Below, piece by piece: positions 36,601 to 51,200 of a stretch of DNA of 64,000 nucleotides. The stretch's first letter is position 1, and every line of letters begins with the position of its first letter. Location of the stretch: NCBI RefSeq assembly GCF_009914755.1, contig NC_060934.1; one strand, 5' to 3'. The notes under the pieces are model-generated. The model had not been told where the DNA came from, did not search any database, and saw only the letters and a program-made list of their open reading frames with translations. The position numbers were made by a program, and so were the translations under genes. This stretch comes from the human T2T-CHM13v2.0 reference genome, Homo sapiens.

Positions 36601-39600
36601 TCTTCATATTAAAAGTACACAGAGTCATTCGTAGAAACTAGTTTGTGATGTGTGCCTTCAACTCACAGAGTTTAACCTTTCTTTTCATAGAGCAGTTGGG
36701 AAACACTCTATTTGTAAAGTCTGCAAGTGGATATTTGGACCTCTTTGAGGCCTTCGTTGGAAACGGGATTTCTTCATACAACGCTAGACAGAAGAATTCT
36801 CAGTAACTTCTTTGTGTTGTGTGTATTCAACTCACAGAGTTGAACCTTTCTTTAGAGAGAGCAGAGTTGAAACACTCTGTTTTTGGAATTTGCAACTGCA
36901 GATTTCAAGCGATTCTAGGCCTATGGCAGAAAAGGAAATATCTTCGTATAAAAACTACACAGAATCATTCTCAACAACTACTTTGTGATGTGTGCGTTCA
37001 ACTCACAGAGTTTAACCTTTCTTTTCATAGAGCAGTTTGGAAACACTCTGTTTGTAAAGCCTGCAAGTGCTTTTTTGGACTTCATTGAGGCCTTCGTTGG
37101 AAACGGGATTTCTTCATATAATGCTAGACAGAAGAATTCTCAGTCACTTCTTTGTGTTGTGTGTATTCAAGTCACAGAGTTGAACCTTCCTTTAGACAGA
37201 GCAGTTTTGAAAAATTCTTTCTGTGTAATTTGCAAGTGGAGATTTCAAGCGATTTGAGGCTAATCTTTGAAATGGAAATATCTTCGTGTAAAAACTACAC
37301 AGAATCATTCTCAGAAACTGCTTTGTCATCTGTGCGTTCAGTTCACAGAGTTTCACCTTTCTCTTCATAGAGCAGTTTGGAAAGACTCTGTCTGTAAAGT
37401 CTGCAAGTGATTAGTTAGACCCCTTTGAGGCCTTCGTTGGAAGCGGGATTTCTCATTTACTGCTAGACAGAAGAATTCTCAGTAAATCCTTTGTGTTGTG
37501 TGTATTCAACTCACAGAGTGGAACCTTCCTTTATTCAGAGCAGTTTTGAAACACTCTTTTTGTGGAATTTGCAAGTGGAGATTTCAAGCGATTTGACGCC
37601 AATCTTAGACATGGAAATATCTTCATATCAAAAGTACACAGAGTCATTCGTAGAAACTAGTTTGTGATGTGTGCCTTCAACTCACAGAGTTTAACCTTTC
37701 TTTTCATAGAGCAGTTGGGAAACACTCTATTTGTAAAGTCTGCAAGTGGATATTTGGACCTCTTTGAGGCCTTCGTTGGAAACGGGATTTCTTCATATAA
37801 CGCTAGACAGAAGAATTCTCAGTAACTTCTTTGTGTTGTGTGTATTCAACTCACAGAGTTGAACCTTTCTTTAGAGGGAGCAGAGGTGAAACACTCTTTT
37901 TGTGGAATTTGCTAGTGTAGATTTCAAACGCTTCGAAGACAGTGATAGAAAAGGATGTATCTTCGTATTAAAAGTAGACAAAATCATTCTCAGAAAACTC
38001 TTTGTGATGTGTGTGTTCAACTCACAGAGTTTAACCTTTCTTTAATCGAGCAGTTTGGAAATACACTCTTTGTAAGTCTGCAGGTGGATATTTGGCCCTC
38101 TTTGAGCCCTTCGTTGGAAACGGGATTTCCTCATATAATGCTAGACAGAAGAATTCTCAGTAACTTCTTTGTGTTGTTTGTATTCAACACACAGATTTGA
38201 ACCTTCCTTTAGAGAGAGCAGATTTGAAACACTCTGTTTTTGGAATTTGCAAGTGCAGATTTCAAGCGCTTCTAGGCCTATGGCAGAAAAGGAAATATCT
38301 TCGTATAAAAACTACACAGAATCATTCTCAACAACTACTTTGTGATGTGTGCGTTCAACTCACAGAGTTTAACCTTTCTTTTCATAGAGCAGTTTGGAAA
38401 CACTCTGTTTGTAAAGCCTGCAAGTGCTTTTTTGGACTTCATTGAGGCCTTCGTTGGAAACGGGATTTCTTCATATAATGCTACACAGAAGAATTCTCAG
38501 TCACTTCTTTGTGTTGTGTGTATTCAAGTCACAGAGTTGAACCTTCCTTTAGACAGAGCAGTTTTGAAAAATTCTTTCTGTGGAGTTTGCAAGTGGAGAT
38601 TTCAAGCGATTTGAGGCTAATCTTTGAAATGGAAATATCTTCGTGTAAAAACTACACAGAATCATTCTCAGAAACTGCTTTGTCATCTGTGCGTTCAGTT
38701 CACAGAGTTTCACCTTTCTCTTCATAGAGCAGTTTGGAAAGACTCTGTCTGTAAAGTCTGCAAGTGATTAGTTAGACCCCTTTGAGGCCTTCGTTGGAAG
38801 CGGGATTTCTCATTTACTGCTAGACAGAAGAATTCTCAGTAAATCCTTTGTGTTGTGTGTATTCAACTCACAGAGTGGAACCTTCCTTTATTCAGAGCAG
38901 TTTTGAAAAACACTTTTTGTGGAATTTGCAAGTGGAGATTTCAAGCGATTTGACGCCAATCTTAGACATGGAAATATCTTCATATTAAAAGTACACAGAG
39001 TCATTCGTAGAAACTAGTTTGTGATGTGTGCCTTCAACTCACAGAGTTTAACCTTTCTTTTCATAGAGCAGTTGGGAAACACTCTATTTGTAAAGTCTGC
39101 AAGTGGATATTTGGACCTCTTTGAGGCCTTCGTTGGAAACGGGATTTCTTCATACAACGCTAGACAGAAGAATTCTCAGTAACTTCTTTGTGTTGTGTGT
39201 ATTCAACTCACAGAGTTGAACCTTTCTTTAGAGAGAGCAGAGTTGAAACACTCTGTTTTTGGAATTTGCAACTGCAGATTTCAAGCGATTCTAGGCCTAT
39301 GGCAGAAAAGGAAATATCTTCGTATAAAAACTACACAGAATCATTCTCAACAACTACTTTGTGATGTGTGCGTTCAACTCACAGAGTTTAACCTTTCTTT
39401 TCATAGAGCAGTTTGGAAACACTCTGTTTGTAAAGCCTGCAAGTGCTTTTTTGGACTTCATTGAGGCCTTCGTTGGAAACGGGATTTCTTCATATAATGC
39501 TAGACAGAAGAATTCTCAGTCACTTCTTTGTGTTGTGTGTATTCAAGTCACAGAGTTGAACCTTCCTTTAGACAGAGCAGTTTTGAAAAATTCTTTCTGT

Positions 39601-42564
39601 GTAATTTGCAAGTGGAGATTTCAAGCGATTTGAGGCTAATCTTTGAAATGGAAATATCTTCGTGTAAAAACTACACAGAATCATTCTCAGAAACTGCTTT
39701 GTCATCTGTGCGTTCAGTTCACAGAGTTTCACCTTTCTCTTCATAGAGCAGTTTGGAAAGACTCTGTCTGTAAAGTCTGCAAGTGATTAGTTAGACCCCT
39801 TTGAGGCCTTCGTTGGAAGCGGGATTTCTCATTTACTGCTAGACAGAAGAATTCTCAGTAAATCCTTTGTGTTGTGTGTATTCAACTCACAGAGTGGAAC
39901 CTTCCTTTATTCAGAGCAGTTTTGAAACACTCTTTTTGTGGAATTTGCAAGTGGAGATTTCAAGCGATTTGACGCCAATCTTAGACATGGAAATATCTTC
40001 ATATTAAAAGTACACAGAGTCATTCGTAGAAACTAGTTTGTGATGTGTGCCTTCAACTCACAGAGTTTAACCTTTCTTTTCATAGAGCAGTTGGGAAACA
40101 CTCTATTTGTAAAGTCTGCAAGTGGATATTTGGACCTCTTTGAGGCCTTCGTTGGAAACGGGATTTCTTCATATAACGCTAGACAGAAGAATTCTCAGTA
40201 ACTTCTTTGTGTTGTGTGTATTCAACTCACAGAGTTGAACCTTTCTTTAGAGGGAGCAGAGGTGAAACACTCTTTTTGTGGAATTTGCTAGTGTAGATTT
40301 CAAACGCTTCGAAGACAGTGATAGAAAAGGATGTATCTTCGTATTAAAAGTAGACAAAATCATTCTCAGAAAACTCTTTGTGATGTGTGTGTTCAACTCA
40401 CAGAGTTTAACCTTTCTTTAATCGAGCAGTTTGGAAATACACTCTTTGTAAGTCTGCAGGTGGATATTTGGCCCTCTTTGAGCCCTTCGTTGGAAACGGG
40501 ATTTCCTCATATAATGCTAGACAGAAGAATTCTCAGTAACTTCTTTGTGTTGTTTGTATTCAACACACAGATTTGAACCTTCCTTTAGAGAGAGCAGATT
40601 TGAAACACTCTGTTTTTGGAATTTGCAAGTGCAGATTTCAAGCGCTTCTAGGCCTATGGCAGAAAAGGAAATATCTTCGTATAAAAACTACACAGAATCA
40701 TTCTCAACAACTACTTTGTGATGTGTGCGTTCAACTCACAGAGTTTAACCTTTCTTTTCATAGAGCAGTTTGGAAACACTCTGTTTGTAAAGCCTGCAAG
40801 TGCTTTTTTGGACTTCATTGAGGCCTTCGTTGGAAACGGGATTTCTTCATATAATGCTAGACAGAAGAATTCTCAGTCCCTTCTTTGTGTTGTGTGTATT
40901 CAAGTCACAGAGTTGAACCTTCCTTTAGACAGAGCAGTTTTGAAAAATTCTTTCTGTGGAGTTTGCAAGTGGAGATTTCAAGCGATTTGAGGCTAATCTT
41001 TGAAATGGAAATATCTTCGTGTAAAAACTACACAGAATCATTCTCAGAAACTGCTTTGTCATCTGTGCGTTCAGTTCACAGAGTTTCACCTTTCTCTTCA
41101 TAGAGCAGTTTGGAAAGACTCTGTCTGTAAAGTCTGCAAGTGATTAGTTAGACCCCTTTGAGGCCTTCGTTGGAAGCGGGATTTCTCATTTACTGCTAGA
41201 CAGAAGAATTCTCAGTAAATCCTTTGTGTTGTGTGTATTCAACTCACAGAGTGGAACCTTCCTTTATTCAGAGCAGTTTTGAAAAACACTTTTTGTGGAA
41301 TTTGCAAGTGGAGATTTCAAGCGATTTGACGCCAATCTTAGACATGGAAATATCTTCATATTAAAAGTACACAGAGTCATTCGTAGAAACTAGTTTGTGA
41401 TGTGTGCCTTCAACTCACAGAGTTTAACCTTTCTTTTCATAGAGCAGTTTGGAAACACTCTATTTGTAAAGTCTGCAAGTGGATATTTGGACCTCTTTGA
41501 GGCCTTCGTTGGAAACGGGATTTCTTCATACAACGCTAGACAGAAGAATTCTCAGTAACTTCTTTGTGTTGTGTGTATTCAACTCACAGAGTTGAACCTT
41601 TCTTTAGAGAGAGCAGAGTTGAAACACTCTGTTTTTGGAATTTGCAACTGCAGATTTCAAGCGATTCTAGGCCTATGGCAGAAAAGGAAATATCTTCGTA
41701 TAAAAACTACACAGAATCATTCTCAACAACTACTTTGTGATGTGTGCGTTCAACTCACAGAGTTTAACCTTTCTTTTCATAGAGCAGTTTGGAAACACTC
41801 TGTTTGTAAAGCCTGCAAGTGCTTTTTTGGACTTCATTGAGGCCTTCGTTGGAAACGGGATTTCTTCATATAATGCTACACAGAAGAATTCTCAGTCACT
41901 TCTTTGTGTTGTGTGTATTCAAGTCACAGAGTTGAACCTTCCTTTAGACAGAGCAGTTTTGAAAAATTCTTTCTGTGGAGTTTGCAAGTGGAGATTTCAA
42001 GCGATTTGAGGCTAATCTTTGAAATGGAAATATCTTCGTGTAAAAACTACACAGAATCATTCTCAGAAACTGCTTTGTCATCTGTGCGTTCAGTTCACAC
42101 AGTTTCACCTTTCTCTTCATAGAGCAGTTTGGAAAGACTCTGTCTGTAAAGTCTGCAAGTGATTAGTTAGACCCCTTTGAGGCCTTCGTTGGAAGCGGGA
42201 TTTCTCATTTACTGCTAGACAGAAGAATTCTCTGTAAATCCTTTGTGTTGTGTGTATTCAACTCACAGAGTGGAACCTTCCTTTATTCAGAGCAGTTTTG
42301 AAACACTCTTTTTGTGCAATTTGCAAGTGGAGATTTCAAGCGATTTGACGCCAATCTTAGACATGGAAATATCTTCATATTAAAAGTACACAGAGTCATT
42401 CGTAGAAACTAGTTTGTGATGTGTGCCTTCAACTCACAGAGTTTAACCTTTCTTTTCATAGAGCAGTTGGGAAACACTCTATTTGTAAAGTCTGCAAGTG
42501 GATATTTGGACCTCTTTGAGGCCTTCGTTGGAAACGGGATTTCTTCATATAACGCTAGACAGAA
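30685..42564 (+). repeat. Five 14-mer HORs (D A* B C A B C, 2376 bp = 8-mer + 6-mer)
   Basis: D dimers start at 30685, 33061, 35437, 37813 and 40189, with a period of exactly 2376. Confidence 0.93.
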
Positions 42565-45282
42565 GAATTCTCAGTAACTTCTTTGTGTTGTGTGTATTCA
42601 ACTCACAGAGTTGAACCTTTCTTTAGAGGGAGCAGAAGTGAAACACTCTTTTTGTGGAATTTGCTAGTGTAGATTTCAAACGCTTCGAAGACAGTGATAG
42701 AAAAGGATATATCTTCGTATTAAAAGTAGACAAAATCATTCTCAGAAAACTCTTTGTGATGTGTGTGTTCAACTCACAGAGTTTAACCTTTCTTTTCATA
42801 GAGCAGTTTGGAAACACTCTGTTTGTAAAGCCTGCAAGTGCTTTTTTGGACTTCATTGAGGCCTTCGTTGGAAACGGGATTTCTTCATACAACGCTAGAC
42901 AGAAGAATTCTCAGTAACTTCTTTGTGTTGTGTGTATTCAACTCACAGAGTTGAACCTTTCTTTAGAGAGAGCAGAGTTGAAACACTCTGTTTTTGGAAT
43001 TTGCAAGTGCAGATTTCAAGCGCTGCTAGGCCTATGGCAGAAAAGGAAATATCTTCGTATAAAAACTACACAGAATCATTCTCAACAACTACTTTGTGAT
43101 GTGTGCGTTCAACTCACAGAGTTTAACCTTTCTTTTCATAGAGCAGTTTGGAAACACTCTGTTTGTAAAGCCTGCAAGTGCTTTTTTGGACTTCATTGAG
43201 GCCTTCGTTGGAAACGGGATTTCTTCATACAACGCTAGACAGAAGAATTCTCAGTAACTTCTTTGTGTTGTGTGTATTCAACTCACAGAGTTGAACCTTC
43301 CTTTAGAGAGAGCAGAGTTGAAACACTCTGTTTTTGGAATTTGCAAGTGCAGATTTCAAGCGCTTCTTGGCCTATGGCAGAAAAGGAAATATCTTCGTAT
43401 AAAAACTACACAGAATCATTCTCAACAACTACTTTGTGATGTGTGCGTTCAACTCACAGAGTTTAACCTTTCTTTTCATAGAGCAGTTTGGACACACTCT
43501 GTTTGTAAAGCCTGCAAGTGCTTTTTTGGACTTCATTGAGGCCTTCGTTGGAAACGGGATTTCTTCATATAATGCTAGACAGAAGAATTCTCAGTCACTT
43601 CTTTGTGTTGTGTGTATTCAAGTCACAGAGTTGAACCTTCCTTTAGACAGAGCAGTTTTGAAAAATTCTTTCTGTGGAGTTTGCAAGTGGAGATTTCAAG
43701 CGATTTGAGGCTAATCTTTGAAATGGAAATATCTTCGTGTAAAAACTACACAGAATCATTCTCAGAAACTGCTTTGTCATCTGTGCGTTCAGTTCACAGA
43801 GTTTCACCTTTCTCTTCATAGAGCAGTTTGGAAAGACTCTGTCTGTAAAGTCTGCTGGTGATTAGTTAGACCCCTTTGAGGCCTTCGTTGGAAGCGGGAT
43901 TTCTCATTTACTGCTAGACAGAAGAATTCTCAGTAAATCCTTTGTGTTGTGTGTATTCAACTCACAGAGTGGAACCTTCCTTTATTCAGAGCAGTTTTGA
44001 AAAACACTTTTTGTGGAATTTGCAAGTGGAGATTTCAAGCGATTTGACGCCAATCTTAGACATGGAAATATCTTCATATTAAAAGTACACAGAGTCATCC
44101 GTAGAAACTAGTTTGTGATGTGTGCCTTCAACTCACAGAGTTTAACCTTTCTTTTCATAGAGCAGTTGGGAAACACTCTATTTGTAAAGTCTGCAAGTGG
44201 ATATTTGGACCTCTTTGAGGCCTTCGTTGGAAACGGGATTTCTTCATACAACGCTAGACAGAAGAATTCTCAGTAACTTCTTTGTGTTGTGTGTATTCAA
44301 CTCACAGAGTTGAACCTTTCTTTAGAGAGAGCAGAGTTGAAACACTCTGTTTTTGGAATTTGCAAGTGCAGATTTCAAGCGATTCTAGGCCTATGGCAGA
44401 AAAGGAAATATCTTCGTATAAAAACTACACAGAATCATTCTCAACAACTACTTTGTGATGTGTGCGTTCAACTCACAGAGTTTAACCTTTCTTTTCATAG
44501 AGGAGTTTGGAAACACTCTGTTTGTAAAGCCTGCAAGTGCTTTTTTGGACTTCATTGAGGCCTTCGTTGGAAACGGGATTTCTTCATATAATGCTAGACA
44601 GAAGAATTCTCAGTCACTTCTTTGTGTTGTGTGTATTCAAGTCACAGAGTTGAACCTTCCTTTAGACAGAGCAGTTTTGAAAAATTCTTTCTGTGTAATT
44701 TGCAAGTGGAGATTTCAAGCGATTTGAGGCTAATCTTTGAAATGGAAATATCTTCGTGTAAAAACTACACAGAATCATTCTCAGAAACTGCTTTGTCATC
44801 TGTGCGTTCAGTTCACAGAGTTTCACCTTTCTCTTCATAGAGCAGTTTGGAAAGACTCTGTCTGTAAAGTCTGCAAGTGATTAGTTAGACCCCTTTGAGG
44901 CCTTCGTTGGAAGCGGGATTTCTCATTTACTGCTAGACAGAAGAATTCTCAGTAAATCCTTTGTGTTGTGTGTATTCAACTCACAGAGTGGAACCTTCCT
45001 TTATTCAGAGCAGTTTTGAAACACTCTTTTTGTGGAATTTGCAAGTGGAGATTTCAAGCGATTTGACGCCAATCTTAGACATGGAAATATCTTCATATTA
45101 AAAGTACACAGAGTCATTCGTAGAAACTAGTTTGTGATGTGTGCCTTCAACTCACAGAGTTTAACCTTTCTTTTCATAGAGCAGTTGGGAAACACTCTAT
45201 TTGTAAAGTCTGCAAGTGGATATTTGGACCTCTTTGAGGCCTTCGTTGGAAAAGGGATTTCTTCATATAACGCTAGACAGAA

Positions 45283-48200
45283 GAATTCTCAGTAACTTCT
45301 TTGTGTTGTGTGTATTCAACTCACAGAGTTGAACCTTTCTTTAGAGGGAGCAGAGGTGAAACACTCTTTTTGTGGAATTTGCTAGTGTAGATTTCAAACC
45401 CTTCGAAGACAGTGATAGAAAAGGATATATCTTCGTATTAAAAGTAGACAAAATCATTCTCAGAAAACTCTTTGTGATGTGTGTGTTCAACTCACAGAGT
45501 TTAACCTTTCTTTAATCGAGCAGTTTGGAAATACACTCTTTGTAAGTCTGCAGGTGGATATTTGGCCCTCTTTGAGCCCTTCGTTGGAAACGGGATTTCC
45601 TCATATAATGCTAGACAGAAGAATTCTCAGTAACTTCTTTGTGTTGTTTGTATTCAACACACAGATTTGAACCTTCCTTTAGAGAGAGCAGATTTGAAAC
45701 ACTCTGTTTTTGGAATTTGCAAGTGCAGATTTCAAGCGCTTCTAGGCCTATGGCAGAAAAGGAAATATCTTCGTATAAAAACTACACAGAATCATTCTCA
45801 ACAACTACTTTGTGATGTGTGCGTTCAACTCACAGAGTTTAACCTTTCTTTTCATAGAGCAGTTTGGAAACACTCTGTTTGTAAAGCCTGCAAGTGCTTT
45901 TTTGGACTTCATTGAGGCCTTCGTTGGAAACGGGATTTCTTCATATAATGCTAGACAGAAGAATTCTCAGTCACTTCTTTGTGTTGTGTGTATTCAAGTC
46001 ACAGAGTTGAACCTTCCTTTAGACAGAGCAGTTTTGAAAAATTCTTTCTGTGGAGTTTGCAAGTGGAGATTTCAAGCGATTTGAGGCTAATCTTTGAAAT
46101 GGAAATATCTTCGTGTAAAAACTACACAGAATCATTCTCAGAAACTGCTTTGTCATCTGTGCGTTCAGTTCACAGAGTTTCACCTTTCTCTTCATAGAGC
46201 AGTTTGGAAAGACTCTGTCTGTAAAGTCTGCAAGTGATTAGTTAGACCCCTTTGAGGCCTTCGTTGGAAGCGGGATTTCTCATTTACTGCTAGACAGAAG
46301 AATTCTCAGTAAATCCTTTGTGTTGTGTGTATTCAACTCACAGAGTGGAACCTTCCTTTATTCAGAGCAGTTTTGAAAAACACTTTTTGTGGAATTTGCA
46401 AGTGGAGATTTCAAGCGATTTGACGCCAATCTTAGACATGGAAATATCTTCATATTAAAAGTACACAGAGTCATTCGTAGAAACTAGTTTGTGATGTGTG
46501 CCTTCAACTCACAGAGTTTAACCTTTCTTTTCATAGAGCAGTTGGGAAACACTCTATTTGTAAAGTCTGCAAGTGGATATTTGGACCTCTTTGAGGCCTT
46601 CGTTGGAAACGGGATTTCTTCATACAACGCTAGACAGAAGAATTCTCAGTAACTTCTTTGTGTTGTGTGTATTCAACTCACAGAGTTGAACCTTTCTTTA
46701 GAGAGAGCAGAGTTGAAACACTCTGTTTTTGGAATTTGCAACTGCAGATTTCAAGCGATTCTAGGCCTATGGCAGAAAAGGAAATATCTTCGTATAAAAA
46801 CTACACAGAATCATTCTCAACAACTACTTTGTGATGTGTGCGTTCAACTCACAGAGTTTAACCTTTCTTTTCATAGAGCAGTTTGGAAACACTCTGTTTG
46901 TAAAGCCTGCAAGTGCTTTTTTGGACTTCATTGAGGCCTTCGTTGGAAACGGGATTTCTTCATATAATGCTAGACAGAAGAATTCTCAGTCACTTCTTTG
47001 TGTTGTGTGTATTCAAGTCACAGAGTTGAACCTTCCTTTAGACAGAGCAGTTTTGAAAAATTCTTTCTGTGTAATTTGCAAGTGGAGATTTCAAGCGATT
47101 TGAGGCTAATCTTTGAAATGGAAATATCTTCATGTAAAAACTACACAGAATCATTCTCAGAAACTGCTTTGTCATCTGTGCGTTCAGTTCACAGAGTTTC
47201 ACCTTTCTCTTCATAGAGCAGTTTGGAAAGACTCTGTCTGTAAAGTCTGCAAGTGATTAGTTAGACCCCTTTGAGGCCTTCGTTGGAAGCGGGATTTCTC
47301 ATTTACTGCTAGACAGAAGAATTCTCAGTAAATCCTTTGTGTTGTGTGTATTCAACTCACAGAGTGGAACCTTCCTTTATTCAGAGCAGTTTTGAAACAC
47401 TCTTTTTGTGGAATTTGCAAGTGGAGATTTCAAGCGATTTGACGCCAATCTTAGACATGGAAATATCTTCATATTAAAAGTACACAGAGTCATTCGTAGA
47501 AACTAGTTTGTGATGTGTGCCTTCAACTCACAGAGTTTAACCTTTCTTTTCATAGAGCAGTTGGGAAACACTCTATTTGTAAAGTCTGCAAGTGGATATT
47601 TGGACCTCTTTGAGGCCTTCGTTGGAAAAGGGATTTCTTCATATAACGCTAGACAGAAGAATTCTCAGTAACTTCTTTGTGTTGTGTGTATTCAACTCAC
47701 AGAGTTGAACCTTTCTTTAGAGGGAGCAGAGGTGAAACACTCTTTTTGTGGAATTTGCTAGTGTAGATTTCAAACGCTTCGAAGACAGTGATAGAAAAGG
47801 ATATATCTTCGTATTAAAAGTAGACAAAATCATTCTCAGAAAACTCTTTGTGATGTGTGTGTTCAACTCACAGAGTTTAACCTTTCTTTAATCGAGCAGT
47901 TTGGAAATACACTCTTTGTAAGTCTGCAGGTGGATATTTGGCCCTCTTTGAGCCCTTCGTTGGAAACGGGATTTCCTCATATAATGCTAGACAGAAGAAT
48001 TCTCAGTAACTTCTTTGTGTTGTTTGTATTCAACACACAGATTTGAACCTTCCTTTAGAGAGAGCAGATTTGAAACACTCTGTTTTTGGAATTTGCAAGT
48101 GCAGATTTCAAGCGATTCTAGGCCTATGGCAGAAAAGGAAATATCTTCGTATAAAAACTACACAGAATCATTCTCAACAACTACTTTGTGATGTGTGCGT

Positions 48201-51200
48201 TCAACTCACAGAGTTTAACCTTTCTTTTCATAGAGCAGTTTGGAAACACTCTGTTTGTAAAGCCTGCAAGTGCTTTTTTGGACTTCATTGAGGCCTTCGT
48301 TGGAAACGGGATTTCTTCATATAATGCTAGACAGAAGAATTCTCAGTCACTTCTTTGTGTTGTGTGTATTCAAGTCACAGAGTTGAACCTTCCTTTAGAC
48401 AGAGCAGTTTTGAAAAATTCTTTCTGTGGAGTTTGCAAGTGGAGATTTCAAGCGATTTGAGGCTAATCTTTGAAATGGAAATATCTTCGTGTAAAAACTA
48501 CACAGAATCATTCTCAGAAACTGCTTTGTCATCTGTGCGTTCAGTTCACAGAGTTTCACCTTTCTCTTCATAGAGCAGTTTGGAAAGACTCTGTCTGTAA
48601 AGTCTGCAAGTGATTAGTTAGACCCCTTTGAGGCCTTCGTTGGAAGCGGGATTTCTCATTTACTGCTAGACAGAAGAATTCTCAGTAAATCCTTTGTGTT
48701 GTGTGTATTCAACTCACAGAGTGGAACCTTCCTTTATTCAGAGCAGTTTTGAAAAACACTTTTTGTGGAATTTGCAAGTGGAGATTTCAAGCGATTTGAC
48801 GCCAATCTTAGACATGGAAATATCTTCATATTAAAAGTACACAGAGTCATTCGTAGAAACTAGTTTGTGATGTGTGCCTTCAACTCACAGAGTTTAACCT
48901 TTCTTTTCATAGAGCAGTTGGGAAACACTCTATTTGTAAAGTCTGCAAGTGGATATTTGGACCTCTTTGAGGCCTTCGTTGGAAACGGGATTTCTTCATA
49001 CAACGCTAGACAGAAGAATTCTCAGTAACTTCTTTGTGTTGTGTGTATTCAACTCACAGAGTTGAACCTTTCTTTAGAGAGAGCAGAGTTGAAACACTCT
49101 GTTTTTGGAATTTGCAACTGCAGATTTCAAGCGATTCTAGGCCTATGGCAGAAAAGGAAATATCTTCGTATAAAAACTACACAGAATCATTCTCAACAAC
49201 TACTTTGTGATGTGTGCGTTCAACTCACAGAGTTTAACCTTTCTTTTCATAGAGCAGTTTGGAAACACTCTGTTTGTAAAGCCTGCAAGTGCTTTTTTGG
49301 ACTTCATTGAGGCCTTCGTTGGAAACGGGATTTCTTCATATAATGCTAGACAGAAGAATTCTCAGTCACTTCTTTGTGTTGTGTGTATTCAAGTCACAGA
49401 GTTGAACCTTCCTTTAGACAGAGCAGTTTTGAAAAATTCTTTCTGTGTAATTTGCAAGTGGAGATTTCAAGCGATTTGAGGCTAATCTTTGAAATGGAAA
49501 TATCTTCGTGTAAAAACTACACAGAATCATTCTCAGAAACTGCTTTGTCATCTGTGCGTTCAGTTCACAGAGTTTCACCTTTCTCTTCATAGAGCAGTTT
49601 GGAAAGACTCTGTCTGTAAAGTCTGCAAGTGATTAGTTAGACCCCTTTGAGGCCTTCGTTGGAAGCGGGATTTCTCATTTACTGCTAGACAGAAGAATTC
49701 TCAGTAAATCCTTTGTGTTGTGTGTATTCAACTCACAGAGTGGAACCTTCCTTTATTCAGAGCAGTTTTGAAACACTCTTTTTGTGGAATTTGCAAGTGG
49801 AGATTTCAAGCGATTTGACGCCAATCTTAGACATGGAAATATCTTCATATTAAAAGTACACAGAGTCATTCGTAGAAACTAGTTTGTGATGTGTGCCTTC
49901 AACTCACAGAGTTTAACCTTTCTTTTCATAGAGCAGTTGGGAAACACTCTATTTGTAAAGTCTGCAAGTGGATATTTGGACCTCTTTGAGGCCTTCGTTG
50001 GAAACGGGATTTCTTCATATAACGCTAGACAGAAGAATTCTCAGTAACTTCTTTGTGTTGTGTGTATTCAACTCACAGAGTTGAACCTTTCTTTAGAGGG
50101 AGCAGAGGTGAAACACTCTTTTTGTGGAATTTGCTAGTGTAGATTTCAAACGCTTCGAAGACAGTGATAGAAAAGGATGTATCTTCGTATTAAAAGTAGA
50201 CAAAATCATTCTCAGAAAACTCTTTGTGATGTGTGTGTTCAACTCACAGAGTTTAACCTTTCTTTAATCGAGCAGTTTGGAAATACACTCTTTGTAAGTC
50301 TGCAGGTGGATATTTGGCCCTCTTTGAGCCCTTCGTTGGAAACGGGATTTCCTCATATAATGCTAGACAGAAGAATTCTCAGTAACTTCTTTGTGTTGTT
50401 TGTATTCAACACACAGATTTGAACCTTCCTTTAGAGAGAGCAGATTTGAAACACTCTGTTTTTGGAATTTGCAAGTGCAGATTTCAAGCGCTTCTAGGCC
50501 TATGGCAGAAAAGGAAATATCTTCGTATAAAAACTACACAGAATCATTCTCAACAACTACTTTGTGATGTGTGCGTTCAACTCACAGAGTTTAACCTTTC
50601 TTTTCATAGAGCAGTTTGGAAACACTCTGTTTGTAAAGCCTGCAAGTGCTTTTTTGGACTTCATTGAGGCCTTCGTTGGAAACGGGATTTCTTCATATAA
50701 TGCTACACAGAAGAATTCTCAGTCACTTCTTTGTGTTGTGTGTATTCAAGTCACAGAGTTGAACCTTCCTTTAGACAGAGCAGTTTTGAAAAATTCTTTC
50801 TGTGGAGTTTGCAAGTGGAGATTTCAAGCGATTTGAGGCTAATCTTTGAAATGGAAATATCTTCGTGTAAAAACTACACAGAATCATTCTCAGAAACTGC
50901 TTTGTCATCTGTGCGTTCAGTTCACAGAGTTTCACCTTTCTCTTCATAGAGCAGTTTGGAAAGACTCTGTCTGTAAAGTCTGCAAGTGATTAGTTAGACC
51001 CCTTTGAGGCCTTCGTTGGAAGCGGGATTTCTCATTTACTGCTAGACAGAAGAATTCTCAGTAAATCCTTTGTGTTGTGTGTATTCAACTCACAGAGTGG
51101 AACCTTCCTTTATTCAGAGCAGTTTTGAAAAACACTTTTTGTGGAATTTGCAAGTGGAGATTTCAAGCGATTTGACGCCAATCTTAGACATGGAAATATC

